This document shows positions 1 through 9,922 of a stretch of 64,000 nt of DNA, in pieces. How positions within the stretch are numbered: position 1 is the stretch's first letter; each line of letters opens with the position of its first letter. The translations under genes were made by a program, and so were the position numbers. A model generated the notes under the pieces. The model saw nothing but the letters and a program-made list of their open reading frames with translations, was not told where the DNA came from and did no database searches. Origin of the DNA: an uncultured delta proteobacterium (GTDB lineage Bacteria; Myxococcota_A; Polyangia; Polyangiales; Polyangiaceae); assembly GCA_963716725.1 (NCBI GenBank), contig CAVQUB010000003.1, positions 160,001-224,000 on the forward strand. The letters are read 5' to 3'.

Positions 1-425
1 ATCGGCCCACCGTTCTCGATGATCTCGTTCAGGGGACTGCCCTTCACGAACTCCATCGCAATGTAGAGGGTGCCGTCGGCGGTCGCCCCGAAGTCGAAGA
101 ACTTGATGGTGTTCGGGTGCTCGAGCTGGGCCACCGTGCCGCACTCGCGGTGGAATCGCGCAAGCACGGAGGGGTCCTTCGAGAGGTGCTGGTGCAGGGT
201 CTTGATGGCGACCTGGCGGATGGTCGATCCCATCTGCTGCTCGCCCACGTAGACGATGCCCATGCCGCCTTCGCCGAGCACGCCGGTCACCCGGTAGCGC
301 CCGCCGATGACCTGGCCGATCAGCTGATCCTCGGCCCCCTCGTCGTGGGTCGGGAGCAGCCCCCCGCATTTGGCGCAAAACCGCGCACCATCGATGTTCG
401 CGTGGCCGCAGCTCTCGCAATTCAT
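1..425 (-). CDS. Zinc-ribbon Ser/Thr protein kinase (5' part, runs off window)
   Basis: Manual translation from ATG at 425: MNCESCGHANIDGARFCAKCGG...RYRVTGVLGEGGMGIVY...VAIKTL...EHPNTI...YIAMEFV. Two CxxC pairs, Gly-loop and VAIK motif. Confidence 0.9.
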   Translation of the reverse strand, partial: MNCESCGHANIDGARFCAKCGGLLPTHDEGAEDQLIGQVIGGRYRVTGVLGEGGMGIVYVGEQQMGSTIRQVAIKTLHQHLSKDPSVLARFHRECGTVAQLEHPNTIKFFDFGATADGTLYIAMEFVKGSPLNEIIENGGP

Positions 426-473
426 GGCGTGTGAGCGTCGCACGAAGCGGGCCCCGGACGCCACAATCAGAGA

Positions 474-1163
474 TCAGTCGGCGATAGCGCCGTCCCCAGC
501 CGGGTTCGGGGCCGCGTTCGCGTCGGCGAGCGCACCAGCGTCGCGGGGCAGCTCGGCGATGTGAGGGCCCAGCGGGGCGTCTGGCGGCCACGGCAGGTCC
601 TCTCGGCTGCCCAGGGCGCGATCGACGAGCAGTGCGCGGGTGGCACGGGCGCTGGCCGGGACCAGCACTTCGAGCGACGCCACCACTCCGTCTGCGAAGT
701 TGGGCGGCTCGTGGAGCGGGTGCGCCTTCTTCTTCCTGGGGTCTTCGGCGGCGACCAAGGGGAAGTCGAAGCGCACGCGTTCGATCAACTCACGGCCCAA
801 CCACAGCTCGATGGCAAAGCGGCCCATCTTGCGGACCGCGGGAACCGGGTGCTTGAAGCGAACTGCGCGCACACTCGCGACGCGCACCCGCCCTTTTTCA
901 TAGATGACCTGGTACTGGAAGTGGCGGGCCTCCTTCAGCGCTTCGGGATCCGGAAGTGAACCCGGGCCGGGGTCCCGCGACGCTGCTCCGATCAGCTGAC
1001 GTGCGTCGCTCGCGCCGTCCGTGACGCCCGCATCTTGGTCGCTGCCTTCGGCGATGCGAGTGGGCATCGACAGCGCGGGGCCTTGGGCGGATCCCTCGAA
1101 GCGCGCGCCGGAACAGGCGACCGCGACCGCGCCCGCGACGCCGACGACTCGGAGCATTCGCAT
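474..1163 (-). CDS. Hypothetical lipoprotein
   Basis: 229 aa ORF with a signal peptide ending AVAC, collinear with its neighbours. Confidence 0.7.
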   Translation of the reverse strand: MRMLRVVGVAGAVAVACSGARFEGSAQGPALSMPTRIAEGSDQDAGVTDGASDARQLIGAASRDPGPGSLPDPEALKEARHFQYQVIYEKGRVRVASVRAVRFKHPVPAVRKMGRFAIELWLGRELIERVRFDFPLVAAEDPRKKKAHPLHEPPNFADGVVASLEVLVPASARATRALLVDRALGSREDLPWPPDAPLGPHIAELPRDAGALADANAAPNPAGDGAIAD

Positions 1164-1208
1164 CGCGCGCAGCCATAGCGCATCGGCACGCGCCGCGCGA
1201 CGGCAACC

Positions 1209-2078
1209 TCAACCCATGCTCGCCGCCCGCTCGAGATCATCCGCGGCGCCGCCCAGGGCGCACCAGACCTCGACCATGTCCGAGGCCGCCGGCGCCAGCA
1301 GCGTCCCCCACGGAAGCGCGACCCGAGCGGCATGCAGCATGATGCGCGGCACAGCGATCACTCCGCCGTCCGCGCGGGTCACCCGACGCGTTCCCCCGTG
1401 GGCGCGGTCGCCGAGCAGCGGCCGAAAGTGATGGCGAAGCTGGTGCTTCCGACCGGTCACGGGATCGAGGGCCAGGAGCACCGGGCTCAGCGTCCCGCCC
1501 CCGGAGTGCCGGTGGGGGCCCGCCTTCGCGACGACCGCGAAGCTCGTCTCGGCGCTTCGGCCGTCCACCGGCATGGCGATGGTCCCCCGCGCCGCCGGAG
1601 GCGCGCACTCTGCGATGGCGACGTAGCGTCGCGCGATGGAGCCCGCTTCGCGCAGCGCGGCCCCGCGCTGTCGGGCCTCGCGACCCTCGGCGAGAAGCAC
1701 CAACCCGCTCACGCCCACGTCGAGCCGTGACACGGCGTGGACCTGCGGCACGGAGATCAACTCGGCGACTTGTCGCGTCAGGCTCTGGTGCCCGGCCCGA
1801 TCGGGCTCGGTGGGCAAGAGCGCGGGCTTGTACGCGACGACGAAACCTGCGTCGCGGGCCACGATCCACGCCCGGTCGTCGCCCTTCCGGGCAGCGTGGA
1901 CCTCGACGCGTTCTCCGACCGCGAGCATCAGGTTCGCGTCGTCCGCGCGGGCGCGGCTGACCCACACCCGACCCTCGGCGAGGGCGGAGGCCGCTTCTAC
2001 GCCCAGCGCTTCGATCACGGCCCCGAGAGTGCGGGGGCCGTCTCGCTGCACCTGCCACACGCGGAGGTCGCGGCTCAT
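1209..2078 (-). CDS. RluA-family RNA pseudouridine synthase
   Basis: Start MSRDLRVWQ overlaps the upstream stop (ATGA). S4-like N-terminus, SRLDVGVSG catalytic-Asp motif, TGRKHQLR and MLHA. Confidence 0.88.
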   Translation of the reverse strand: MSRDLRVWQVQRDGPRTLGAVIEALGVEAASALAEGRVWVSRARADDANLMLAVGERVEVHAARKGDDRAWIVARDAGFVVAYKPALLPTEPDRAGHQSLTRQVAELISVPQVHAVSRLDVGVSGLVLLAEGREARQRGAALREAGSIARRYVAIAECAPPAARGTIAMPVDGRSAETSFAVVAKAGPHRHSGGGTLSPVLLALDPVTGRKHQLRHHFRPLLGDRAHGGTRRVTRADGGVIAVPRIMLHAARVALPWGTLLAPAASDMVEVWCALGGAADDLERAASMG

Positions 2079-4678
2079 GCGTCCAAACGCTCGACCTCGC
2101 CGCGATCGCCGTCGACCCGAACCCGCTCGCCGTCCCGCAGCGTGGTGCTGGCCCCGAGCACGCCGAAGACCGCCGGCATTCCGATCTCGCGCGCCATCAC
2201 CGCTGCGTGCGAGAGCGAGCTGCCAACATCGGCCACCATGGCAGCGCTCCAGAAGAAGAGCGGAGCCAGGCCGACGTCTGGGGTTCGCACGACCACGACG
2301 TCCCCCGGCTCGACACGCTCGGCGCCGCGCGCCTCGGCATCCACGAGCCGCACGCGTCCGGTGACCACGCCCCCGCTGGCCCGCGCGCCGGTGGAGCGAC
2401 GCGAGTCGAAGGGCAGCGGCGCCACCCGGGGCGGTGTGCCGATGAAGGTGTCGGGAGGATCCGCATGCTCGAGCCCGCGCCGGTGGGCGGCGATTCGCAT
2501 GCGAACCATCGGCCCGAGATCGGCGCGAGTGCGCCCGGTGGCGCTGAGTAACTCCTGGTGGCTCAAGTAAAACGCGCCGCCCGGCGAGAGTTCGGCATCG
2601 AGGCGGCGCAGTCGGCGATCGACGTCGAGGGTGACGCTTCGAGTCATGGCGATGGTGCGCGCCATCCACACCCGCATGCGTTCGCGCAGGCGGGACAGCG
2701 AACGAGCGCGCCCGACGAGCGCGCGGATCAGCGCCATTTCCAACACGCCCGCCCGCGACTCGATGGTCGCGAGCTCCTGATCCGCGGCGACACGCACTCG
2801 ACTCAGCACGAGCTCGGGATCGCCGGGCGCCGCCACCAGCCCCGCTCGCAGCATGCGAAACACGGGCCGCGGATCCTCGCCGAACCTCGGGCACATGGCT
2901 TCGACCTCGCCGAGCCCGCGATCGCCAAACGCCTCGAGCCAACCCGACAACGCCCGGCGACCGGCGCCCTCCGGGAGGTCGGCCAGCGACGCGGCTTCCG
3001 CCAGCGCCGCCGCGCCTGCTGCGTCGGTTCGGAACAGCTCCGTGACGTGCGCCAGCGCCACCGCCGGACGCGCGCTCTCGAGCTCGGCGAGGCCGCTCGT
3101 GAGTGAGTAGGCGAGCCTCGACGCGGCGTCGGGTACGAGCCTCGACAGCGCGGCCTGCAGCGCGAGGTGTGAGGCCAGCGCGACGACCGAGCACGAGAGC
3201 AACATGCGCCCGGTGGCTTCGAGAAAGCCATGGGACTCCCGCAGGGTCGTGACCAGCGAATCGTCGGGCAAGATCGCGAGATCCATCTCCGCCAACCAAC
3301 GTCGGTGCTGATCGGCATCGCGCTCGAACTTGAGGTGCGCGTCGGAGAGTCGGCGTTCTTGCAGCGCCAATCGCGCGGCTGCCACCGAGAGCGCGGGCAG
3401 GGAGCCGCCCCGACGGCGCACGACGAGCGCTCGCGCGACCTCCGCCTTGTCTGCCCCGCGCAACAGCTCGATCACCACCGCAGGCTCGATGCCCGGGACT
3501 CCGGAGAGCGCGGGCACCATGGCAGACACGTTCAAGTAGTGTCGCCCGTGGACGTTGGCGACCAGCGTCTCCTCGCGATCGAGCTCCGCGCCGAGATCTG
3601 CGAGGGTCGATCGCAGACTTGACTCGACGAAGTCCTCGACCAACGACCCCGAGAGCGGAGTGGGCACGCCTGGCAACAGGTCCGCGAGCCCCGTCCGCGA
3701 CCACACCGTGTCGTGCCGGCCGTTCTGAGGGAAGCCCGCTCCGCCGGATGAGCGCGCCGCAACCACGCGCGGCGAATCGTCTTCGAAGAACGCGAGTTCG
3801 ATCTCTTCGACGCGCGAAGGGTCGAGCTTCTTCCACACGGCGCTGCACTCGCGCATCGCGGCGTCCGAGAGCGCAGGCAGGTCCGGAGCGTCCGACGCAA
3901 CGATGACTGAGCCGCCTTCGTTGACCACGAGCGCGCGGGGTTTGTACGCCACGCGTCGGGCCAGCGCGCTGCCATCCGCAGCGACTCGCACGAAGTCCCG
4001 CGCCTTCGCTCCGTCCTGCGCGGGCAATCCGAGGCCATGCTCGGCCGCGACCAAGAACGACGCGTCGCCGGCCGAGCCCTGCCGCTCTCGGCTGAGCAAC
4101 ACCGCGCTGGCACGTACCGGGCGCAGGCGTTGGATGATCACCGCCATCGCGACGTCGCGCAGCTTCAGGTCACGCAGGCGTGTCAGGACGTCTTCTTCAA
4201 CCGCCGCCGACCAGACCCAGGCGATGGCGCGCTCCAGCGCCGGCGCGTCCCGGAGCCCGTGGCAAACCCGGTCGAGCCCGGCGACGGCCGCGACGCTCGG
4301 GTCGGAGAGCGTCGCGCTCGACCGCACCGACAGCCCCCAGTCCTCCGGCTCGAGCCCCGCGCAGAGCGCGCTCAACTCCTCGCGCAACGCCTCCGAGAGC
4401 GGCGTGTCGAGCAAGCGCTCGCGGGCCCGCGCGGCCTTCTCGCGACCGCTGGGTTTGTGGATCCCGCGCAGCAGCGACGCCGGGTCATGCCCGGGCGGCA
4501 GATCTGCGGCGACGGCGTCACGGAACGCGACCGCGTCGACGAGCCAGCTCTCGATCACCGGCAGCCCGTGACGCTGCGCCTCCACCAGGGCCGCGCCCGC
4601 CGCGCCAAAGTCGGCGACGCGCCCGCCGCCGACCGCGGCTTCGAGCAACGTGTACATCCGACTTGCGGGGCGGCTCAT
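2075..4678 (-). CDS. PEP-utilizing enzyme with PPDK_N / central / His-swivel architecture (rifampicin-phosphotransferase-like), degenerate ATP-grasp
   Basis: VRSSAT, MAVIIQR, WSR...LLPGVPTPL, and C-terminal SLSHAAVMAREIGMPAV...LRDGERVRVDGDRGEV. Confidence 0.85.
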   Translation of the reverse strand: MSRPASRMYTLLEAAVGGGRVADFGAAGAALVEAQRHGLPVIESWLVDAVAFRDAVAADLPPGHDPASLLRGIHKPSGREKAARARERLLDTPLSEALREELSALCAGLEPEDWGLSVRSSATLSDPSVAAVAGLDRVCHGLRDAPALERAIAWVWSAAVEEDVLTRLRDLKLRDVAMAVIIQRLRPVRASAVLLSRERQGSAGDASFLVAAEHGLGLPAQDGAKARDFVRVAADGSALARRVAYKPRALVVNEGGSVIVASDAPDLPALSDAAMRECSAVWKKLDPSRVEEIELAFFEDDSPRVVAARSSGGAGFPQNGRHDTVWSRTGLADLLPGVPTPLSGSLVEDFVESSLRSTLADLGAELDREETLVANVHGRHYLNVSAMVPALSGVPGIEPAVVIELLRGADKAEVARALVVRRRGGSLPALSVAAARLALQERRLSDAHLKFERDADQHRRWLAEMDLAILPDDSLVTTLRESHGFLEATGRMLLSCSVVALASHLALQAALSRLVPDAASRLAYSLTSGLAELESARPAVALAHVTELFRTDAAGAAALAEAASLADLPEGAGRRALSGWLEAFGDRGLGEVEAMCPRFGEDPRPVFRMLRAGLVAAPGDPELVLSRVRVAADQELATIESRAGVLEMALIRALVGRARSLSRLRERMRVWMARTIAMTRSVTLDVDRRLRRLDAELSPGGAFYLSHQELLSATGRTRADLGPMVRMRIAAHRRGLEHADPPDTFIGTPPRVAPLPFDSRRSTGARASGGVVTGRVRLVDAEARGAERVEPGDVVVVRTPDVGLAPLFFWSAAMVADVGSSLSHAAVMAREIGMPAVFGVLGASTTLRDGERVRVDGDRGEVERLDA

Positions 4679-4696
4679 GGCCCGATCGGCAATACC

Positions 4697-5047
4697 TCAG
4701 CCTTGGGTCGGCAGCGAGCCCGTGCTTCGACGCACCAGCTCCGTCAACACGGGATCAGTGCGGAGCTGCTCGCGCAGCGTGCTCTTCACGAACTCGAGCT
4801 GAGCGCCGCTGAGGCGGCCTTCGAAGTGCGCGGTGGCGTTCTCGACTTTGGAGTCCAGGTATTGGTCGACGTTGATTTCACCCCGCTCGAGCCGCGCGAG
4901 CGCGTCCGAGCCTTGGGCCTGTTCGACGCCGGCGGCGCGCTCGACCTTGAACCCTTCGTCGACCGGCGCCGCTCCGCCTGGAGAAACGCCCCCCGCCGGT
5001 CCGAGACCGCCGGGGGAAGGAGGCTTGCCAATTGAGTCGATGCCCAT
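4697..5047 (-). CDS. Hypothetical protein (116 aa)
   Basis: Clean ORF in an operon-like string. Pro/Gly-rich N-terminus and helical C-terminus. Confidence 0.75.
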   Translation of the reverse strand: MGIDSIGKPPSPGGLGPAGGVSPGGAAPVDEGFKVERAAGVEQAQGSDALARLERGEINVDQYLDSKVENATAHFEGRLSGAQLEFVKSTLREQLRTDPVLTELVRRSTGSLPTQG

Positions 5048-5056
5048 GGGATGCGC

Positions 5057-5515
5057 CTAACGAATGTTGCCGATGGCGTTCTTGACCGTGTCGTGCCGAC
5101 TCTTGAGCACGTTCGAGAGCGTGGTGTACGCGCGGCTCTCCGCGCTGATGCGCTCCTGAAGACCGAGATAGTACAGGTTCATGTCGGCGTTCTTCGTCAG
5201 CATATCGTCCATGCTGCCGCCCGACGACCCTTCGACGCCGCCGCCGCCTGCCGCGGAGGCCGCGGTGCCGGCTGAACCCTCGGGCCGAGTGGCGTCGTAG
5301 CCGGGTCCGACCCCTGGTCCCGAGCGGAACGCGGCGGCCAGGACCGGTCCCCCAGGCAGGCGCCGGACCGCAGCCTCGGCGCCGCCCACGACGGCGCTGG
5401 CGCCGGCTTCCATGACCTGTTTGAAGGGACGAGCGGGCGCGGGCGTGACGCGCGCGGCGCTCGGACTCGAAGAAACTGCGGTGGCGGGGCCGCCGTGGTC
5501 GACGCGGGTGCTCAT
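5057..5515 (-). CDS. Hypothetical protein with a T3SS needle/rod-like C-terminal helix
   Basis: AAGGAG RBS upstream. C-terminus LQERISAESRAYTTLSNVLKSRHDTVKNAIGNIR. Confidence 0.75.
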   Translation of the reverse strand: MSTRVDHGGPATAVSSSPSAARVTPAPARPFKQVMEAGASAVVGGAEAAVRRLPGGPVLAAAFRSGPGVGPGYDATRPEGSAGTAASAAGGGGVEGSSGGSMDDMLTKNADMNLYYLGLQERISAESRAYTTLSNVLKSRHDTVKNAIGNIR

Positions 5516-5584
5516 GAATGTACTCCTTGAAAACGAGTTCGAGCACTCCTTCGGCCACCGGGTCCCGGAGGTTGCGACTTTTTT

Positions 5585-6277
5585 TCAGAAGCTGCCGACA
5601 AGGCCGAGCCCGCGCGCGCGACCGATGCTCATGGGGATGACCCGGAGGGACGTCTGCTTGCGCACCAGGACCTGCCTTTTTGCCGTCATTCCCACGGCAA
5701 ACACGATGCCCCCGGCCGCCTGCATCAGGCCGTCCATCACCAAGACGGTCGAGATCAGGACGTCTCCGGCGCACTCCAAGTCGGGGTCGTCTTGTGGGTC
5801 ACGCCGCTCGCAGGCGTCGTCGCGGGTGGCCAGGGTGAGAAAGGGGCCGAGGCCAGGCACCACGAGCCAGTAGCTCTTGTTCTCGAAGCCGGAGGCAGCG
5901 GCGATGTGCAGGCCCAGCACGTAGGGCACACCCAGCACGATGGCGCCGGAAATGACCGCGCCCTTGCGCACCCGCTCCTCGAGCTCGTACCCGGGTGGAA
6001 TGGGCTTCTCGGGATCGTAGGGCATCTCGGCCGGGAGCGGCCGCGCGACGGGCGCGTACCAGTAGGGATAGGGCTGCGGCTGAGGCGGGTAAGCGTAAGG
6101 GTAGGGCTGCGGCTGAGGCGGGTAAGCGTAGGGGTACGGTTGCGGCTGAGGGTACGGGACCGGCGCCGGGGGTGGACCTGCGGGCGCGGCTGTCGGGGCG
6201 GGCGCGGGCGTTTGCGCCAACGCGGCCGGCGCGAAGGTGAGCGCGAGCGTGAGCGCGAGCGCAAACCGACCTGTCAT
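5585..6277 (-). CDS. Exported/membrane protein with Pro-Tyr-Gln repeats
   Basis: Signal peptide (..APAALAQ), YPYAYPPQPQP repeats and three hydrophobic segments. Confidence 0.75.
   Translation of the reverse strand: MTGRFALALTLALTFAPAALAQTPAPAPTAAPAGPPPAPVPYPQPQPYPYAYPPQPQPYPYAYPPQPQPYPYWYAPVARPLPAEMPYDPEKPIPPGYELEERVRKGAVISGAIVLGVPYVLGLHIAAASGFENKSYWLVVPGLGPFLTLATRDDACERRDPQDDPDLECAGDVLISTVLVMDGLMQAAGGIVFAVGMTAKRQVLVRKQTSLRVIPMSIGRARGLGLVGSF
6061..6155 (-). repeat. Coding tandem repeat, ~33-bp unit x ~3
   Basis: GGGCTGCGGCTGAGGCGGGTAAGCGTA repeated on the + strand. Confidence 0.75.
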
Positions 6278-6289
6278 CCGCGCACGATA

Positions 6290-7276
6290 TCAGATCCCGA
6301 ACCACTCGGCCGGATCCAGCGCTTCGGTGCTCTTGCGGAGTTCGAAGTAGAGCAGCGCGCCTTGTCCCATGTCGCCGACCGATCCGAGTCGCGCGCCGGT
6401 CGTCACATCGTCGCCGACCTTGACCGCGATCTCGGCGAGGTTCGCGCTGACACTGTAGTAGCGCTCGCCGTGATCGAGGATCACCGTCTTGCCGTAGCCC
6501 GAGTAGTCGTCAGCGAAGGCGACCCTCCCTGGGTACACCGAGCGCACCGGCGTGCCGCGGGGTGCGCGCATCTCGATGCCGGGCCCGTCGCTGCCCGGGC
6601 GTCGCGCGCTCTTCAGCTCCGCGCGCCCCGGGATCGGGAAGGGCAGTCGTCCCTTCATGCTGCCAAAGCCGCTGGCCAGATCCGCAGGATCGGCGGGGCC
6701 GACGCCGGCACCGGCGCCGTACACCGCCGTCGGCGCCCCAACCCCGTTGGACTCGAAGGCGCGCTGGAAAGCCAAGGCTCGATCTTGAGCCTCGAGCAGC
6801 GCGTCCCGAGCCGACGCGAGCGCGCGCTGCTGCACCTCGAGCGGACCGCGTTTGACCTTCAGCTTTTCGAGTTGCTTGCCGATGGCAATGCGGCGCTCCG
6901 CGATGCGACGCTCGCTCTCGAGGTCACGCCCGAGCGCTCGGCGCGTGCGTTCGACCTTGGCCGCATGGTCCACCAAGGCCTCGAAGCCGCTGCCGACCGG
7001 CAATAGCCCCGCCCGCGCCATGCGCACGTAGGCGCGACCCCGCGCGATGGTGCGCACGTGTGCCCCCTCGGACTCCCTGCCGAGTTGGCCCAGCTCCTTC
7101 TTGAGCTCGCGCTCGTGGCGGTCGATCTCGTCGATGGCGCGGTCCACCTCGCTCACCGGGCTTGGCAACGAGGCCACCGGCGCTGGTGGCGGCGTGTCGT
7201 CGGTGGGATCGACACCGGGCAGCGCCGCGGCGATCGACGCTCCGAAAAGGATGATGCTGAGGGCGGCTCGCTTCAC
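6290..7276 (-). CDS. envC: M23-family murein hydrolase activator (EnvC-like)
   Basis: Coiled coil plus an M23 fold lacking Zn ligands (GPGIEM, YGKTVILDHG, LYFELR). Follows ftsEX. Confidence 0.85.
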   Translation of the reverse strand: MKRAALSIILFGASIAAALPGVDPTDDTPPPAPVASLPSPVSEVDRAIDEIDRHERELKKELGQLGRESEGAHVRTIARGRAYVRMARAGLLPVGSGFEALVDHAAKVERTRRALGRDLESERRIAERRIAIGKQLEKLKVKRGPLEVQQRALASARDALLEAQDRALAFQRAFESNGVGAPTAVYGAGAGVGPADPADLASGFGSMKGRLPFPIPGRAELKSARRPGSDGPGIEMRAPRGTPVRSVYPGRVAFADDYSGYGKTVILDHGERYYSVSANLAEIAVKVGDDVTTGARLGSVGDMGQGALLYFELRKSTEALDPAEWFGI

Positions 7277-7277
7277 T

Positions 7278-8147
7278 TCACACCAAGAGCAGCCGGCGCA
7301 GGCTGCCGTAGGCCGCAGCAGCCCCCAGCAGGCCGCCGAGCGCGATCATGCCCAGGCACACGAACCAGGGCAGAAAGGTCGGCGCCATGCCGAACATGAT
7401 CCCGAGTTCGCTGTCGAAGTTTCCACGCACGATGGCGTAGAGCACGCCCAAGAGCGCCAACGCGAGCACCGCGCCGATGCCGCCTTGGGCGGCGCCCTCG
7501 AGCACGAAAGGGCGCCTCACGTAGGAGTCGGTCGCGCCCACCAGCTTGAGGATCTCGACCTCGATCCGACGGCGCTGCAGCGCCAGGCGGATCGTCGACG
7601 AGACCACGCTCACCACGGCTCCGAGCACCACCAGCGCCAACACGATGGACGCCGTCACTCCGCCTCGCAGCAGGGTGCCCAGGCGTTCGCTCCACGACTG
7701 ATAGGTCTCGACCGACTCGACGGCGGGCAAGGCCTGGAGCTGCGACGCGAGCTTGCCCAAGCGCTCGACCGCGGCCTCGTCGGCCACGCGAACCTCGAGC
7801 GACGCCGGGAAGGCCTCCGGAGGCAGCGCGCCGAGCACGTCGTCGTTCTTCTGAGCGGTGACCTCGCGCCGCGCATCGTCACTGGTGACGTGCCGGACAT
7901 CGGTAACGCCCGGGGTCTGGCGCAGCGCCTTCTGGATCTGCTCGATTTGTTCGGCAGTGGCGTCGGCCCTCAAGAACACGCTGGCACGACCCGTCGCGGC
8001 CCAGCGCGCCCGAACGCCGTGCACATTGACCACCACCAACATGGCGGAGGCCAAGCACACGAAGGCCACGGCCACGCTGAAGATACTGAGCAGATGCAGA
8101 CGCCAGTCGTTGCGAGTGCCTCTCCAAGCTCGTTCGATGGGGGTCAT
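7278..8147 (-). CDS. ftsX: Cell division permease FtsX
   Basis: TIRLALQRRRIEVEILKLVGATDSYVRRPFVLEG signature and 4 TM segments. Start taken at MTPIERAW. Confidence 0.92.
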   Translation of the reverse strand: MTPIERAWRGTRNDWRLHLLSIFSVAVAFVCLASAMLVVVNVHGVRARWAATGRASVFLRADATAEQIEQIQKALRQTPGVTDVRHVTSDDARREVTAQKNDDVLGALPPEAFPASLEVRVADEAAVERLGKLASQLQALPAVESVETYQSWSERLGTLLRGGVTASIVLALVVLGAVVSVVSSTIRLALQRRRIEVEILKLVGATDSYVRRPFVLEGAAQGGIGAVLALALLGVLYAIVRGNFDSELGIMFGMAPTFLPWFVCLGMIALGGLLGAAAAYGSLRRLLLV

Positions 8148-8151
8148 CCCG

Positions 8152-8940
8152 TCAGGCCACCTTTCGGCCGAAGCCCTCTGCAGCGTCGTCGAGCCCACCG
8201 GGCACGTCGATGGCCTTGCCCTCGTCGAGCACCACCACGCGTCGTGGTCGAACGTCGAGCAGCGTGCGATCGTGGGTGGCGAAGAGCACGGTCACGCCGG
8301 TCTCGTTGATGTCCTCGAAGAGCCCGAGGATGTCGATGGCCAGCTGGGGATCGAGATTGCCCGTAGGCTCGTCTGCCAGGACGAGCGCCGGTTCGCCCAC
8401 GATGGCGCGAGCGACGGCGACGCGCTGTTGCTCGCCACCGGAGAGCGTCGCGGCCCGGTCGGAGCCGCGTCCACCGAGGCCCACCCGCTCGAGCGCCTCA
8501 CCGACCCGCTGACGAATGATGCGGGGAGCGACGCCGAGCACCTCGAGGGGCAGCGCAACATTTTCCAACACGGTCCAGTTGGGCACGAGCTTGAAGTCCT
8601 GGAAGACCACGCCGATGTTGCGACGGAGGAAGGGAACCGAGTCGCCGGCCAGGCGCCCGACCTCGCGACCGAGAAAGAGGATTCGTCCGGAATCGACCTG
8701 CTCGGCGGCGTGCAGCATGCGCAGCAGCGTGCTCTTTCCGGCCCCGGACGGGCCCGTGATGAACACGAACTCGCCGCGCTGGATGTCCAGCGAGAGCCCC
8801 CGGAGCACCGGCGCGTCCACGCGGTAAGCCTTGTGAACGTCCTCGAACACCAATATCGGGCGCCGGGCGGCCAACGGGTCGAACCGGGTCGCGCCGCGCA
8901 ACGCGGGCTTGAAGGCGCGGGTCTTGGCCCCACTGTCCAT
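8152..8940 (-). CDS. ftsE: Cell division ATP-binding protein FtsE
   Basis: GPSGAGKST, LRRNIGVVFQDFKL, LSGGEQQR and ADEPTGNLDP. Confidence 0.95.
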   Translation of the reverse strand: MDSGAKTRAFKPALRGATRFDPLAARRPILVFEDVHKAYRVDAPVLRGLSLDIQRGEFVFITGPSGAGKSTLLRMLHAAEQVDSGRILFLGREVGRLAGDSVPFLRRNIGVVFQDFKLVPNWTVLENVALPLEVLGVAPRIIRQRVGEALERVGLGGRGSDRAATLSGGEQQRVAVARAIVGEPALVLADEPTGNLDPQLAIDILGLFEDINETGVTVLFATHDRTLLDVRPRRVVVLDEGKAIDVPGGLDDAAEGFGRKVA

Positions 8941-9000
8941 GGTCCCGGGGTTACCAGGGCAACGATTTCAGTAACAACTTTTCTGCGGCACCATGCGCGG

Positions 9001-9897
9001 ATGCAGATCGCGTTTTTCGGGCTCCCGCTCGCTGCGTTGCTGCTCGAGGCGGACGGGCACAGGGTCGATCTGGCGGTGATTGCCCCCTTCGAGGCCGTCG
9101 GACGGCGACGATTGGCCGCGCGCACCCTTTTGCTCGACGCGGGGGAGCTCGGAGATGAGCTGGACCGAGCGGTGGACGCGGCCCTGGCCCGGTTGCAGCC
9201 CGACCTGGTCGTGAGCTGGTTCTGGTCGCGGAAGCTCCCGGGTCGCTGGCTCGAGCGAGGCAGGCTCGGGGCCATCGGGGTCCATCCCTCACTGCTGCCA
9301 CGCCATCGCGGTCCCAACCCGTTCTTCTGGGCCATCGACGCCGACGACGCCGAGACGGGCGTCAGCGTCCATCGGCTCACCGAGAACTACGACGACGGTC
9401 AGGTGCTGGCGACGCGCAGGCTGAAGATCGGTGGTCGCGACGCCTGGCAGCTCGCTCGCGCCCTCGATCGACCCAGTCTCTCGGCGCTCCGCAGCGTGGT
9501 GGCGGATCTCGCCGCGGGCCGCGTCGTTCACGAAGCGGCTCAGGACGAGCACCTGGCCACCTGGGCACCCGAGCCTGACGCGGAGCGCTCCAAGGTCGAC
9601 TTCGGCTGGCCGACGGAACGCGTCCTGCGGCGCATTCGCGCGCTCTCGCCGGTGCCCGGGGTGGCGCTCGAGGTCTGCGGCCGGACCTTCTTTCTTACGC
9701 GCGCCGAGGCCACCTCCGCCTATCCCGGCGCGCTGCTGCCGGGCGAGGCTGCCGCGGTCGGGACCCCCCCAACCGACGTGGTGTTTCGCACGAGCGACGG
9801 GGCAATTCGGGTGCTTCGCGCCGTTCTTCCGGCGGGAGATCCACTCGAGCGCGAAGCCCTCGCGCAACTCGTCGCTTCCCGTACTCGCGCAGTGTAG
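9001..9897 (+). CDS. Formyltransferase (Met-tRNA formyltransferase family)
   Basis: MQIAFFG start, HPSLLPRHRGPNP, ETGVSVH...YDDG and IRALSPVPG. Confidence 0.85.
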   Translation: MQIAFFGLPLAALLLEADGHRVDLAVIAPFEAVGRRRLAARTLLLDAGELGDELDRAVDAALARLQPDLVVSWFWSRKLPGRWLERGRLGAIGVHPSLLPRHRGPNPFFWAIDADDAETGVSVHRLTENYDDGQVLATRRLKIGGRDAWQLARALDRPSLSALRSVVADLAAGRVVHEAAQDEHLATWAPEPDAERSKVDFGWPTERVLRRIRALSPVPGVALEVCGRTFFLTRAEATSAYPGALLPGEAAAVGTPPTDVVFRTSDGAIRVLRAVLPAGDPLEREALAQLVASRTRAV

Positions 9898-9922
9898 ACT
9901 GGCCGCCGCTCGGAGGAAGTGA

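Noticed and set aside
1209..3848. 879-aa ORF as one gene
   Set aside because: Only the last 289 aa (from 2078) are RluA. The rest is an off-frame overlap with the PEP-utilizer.
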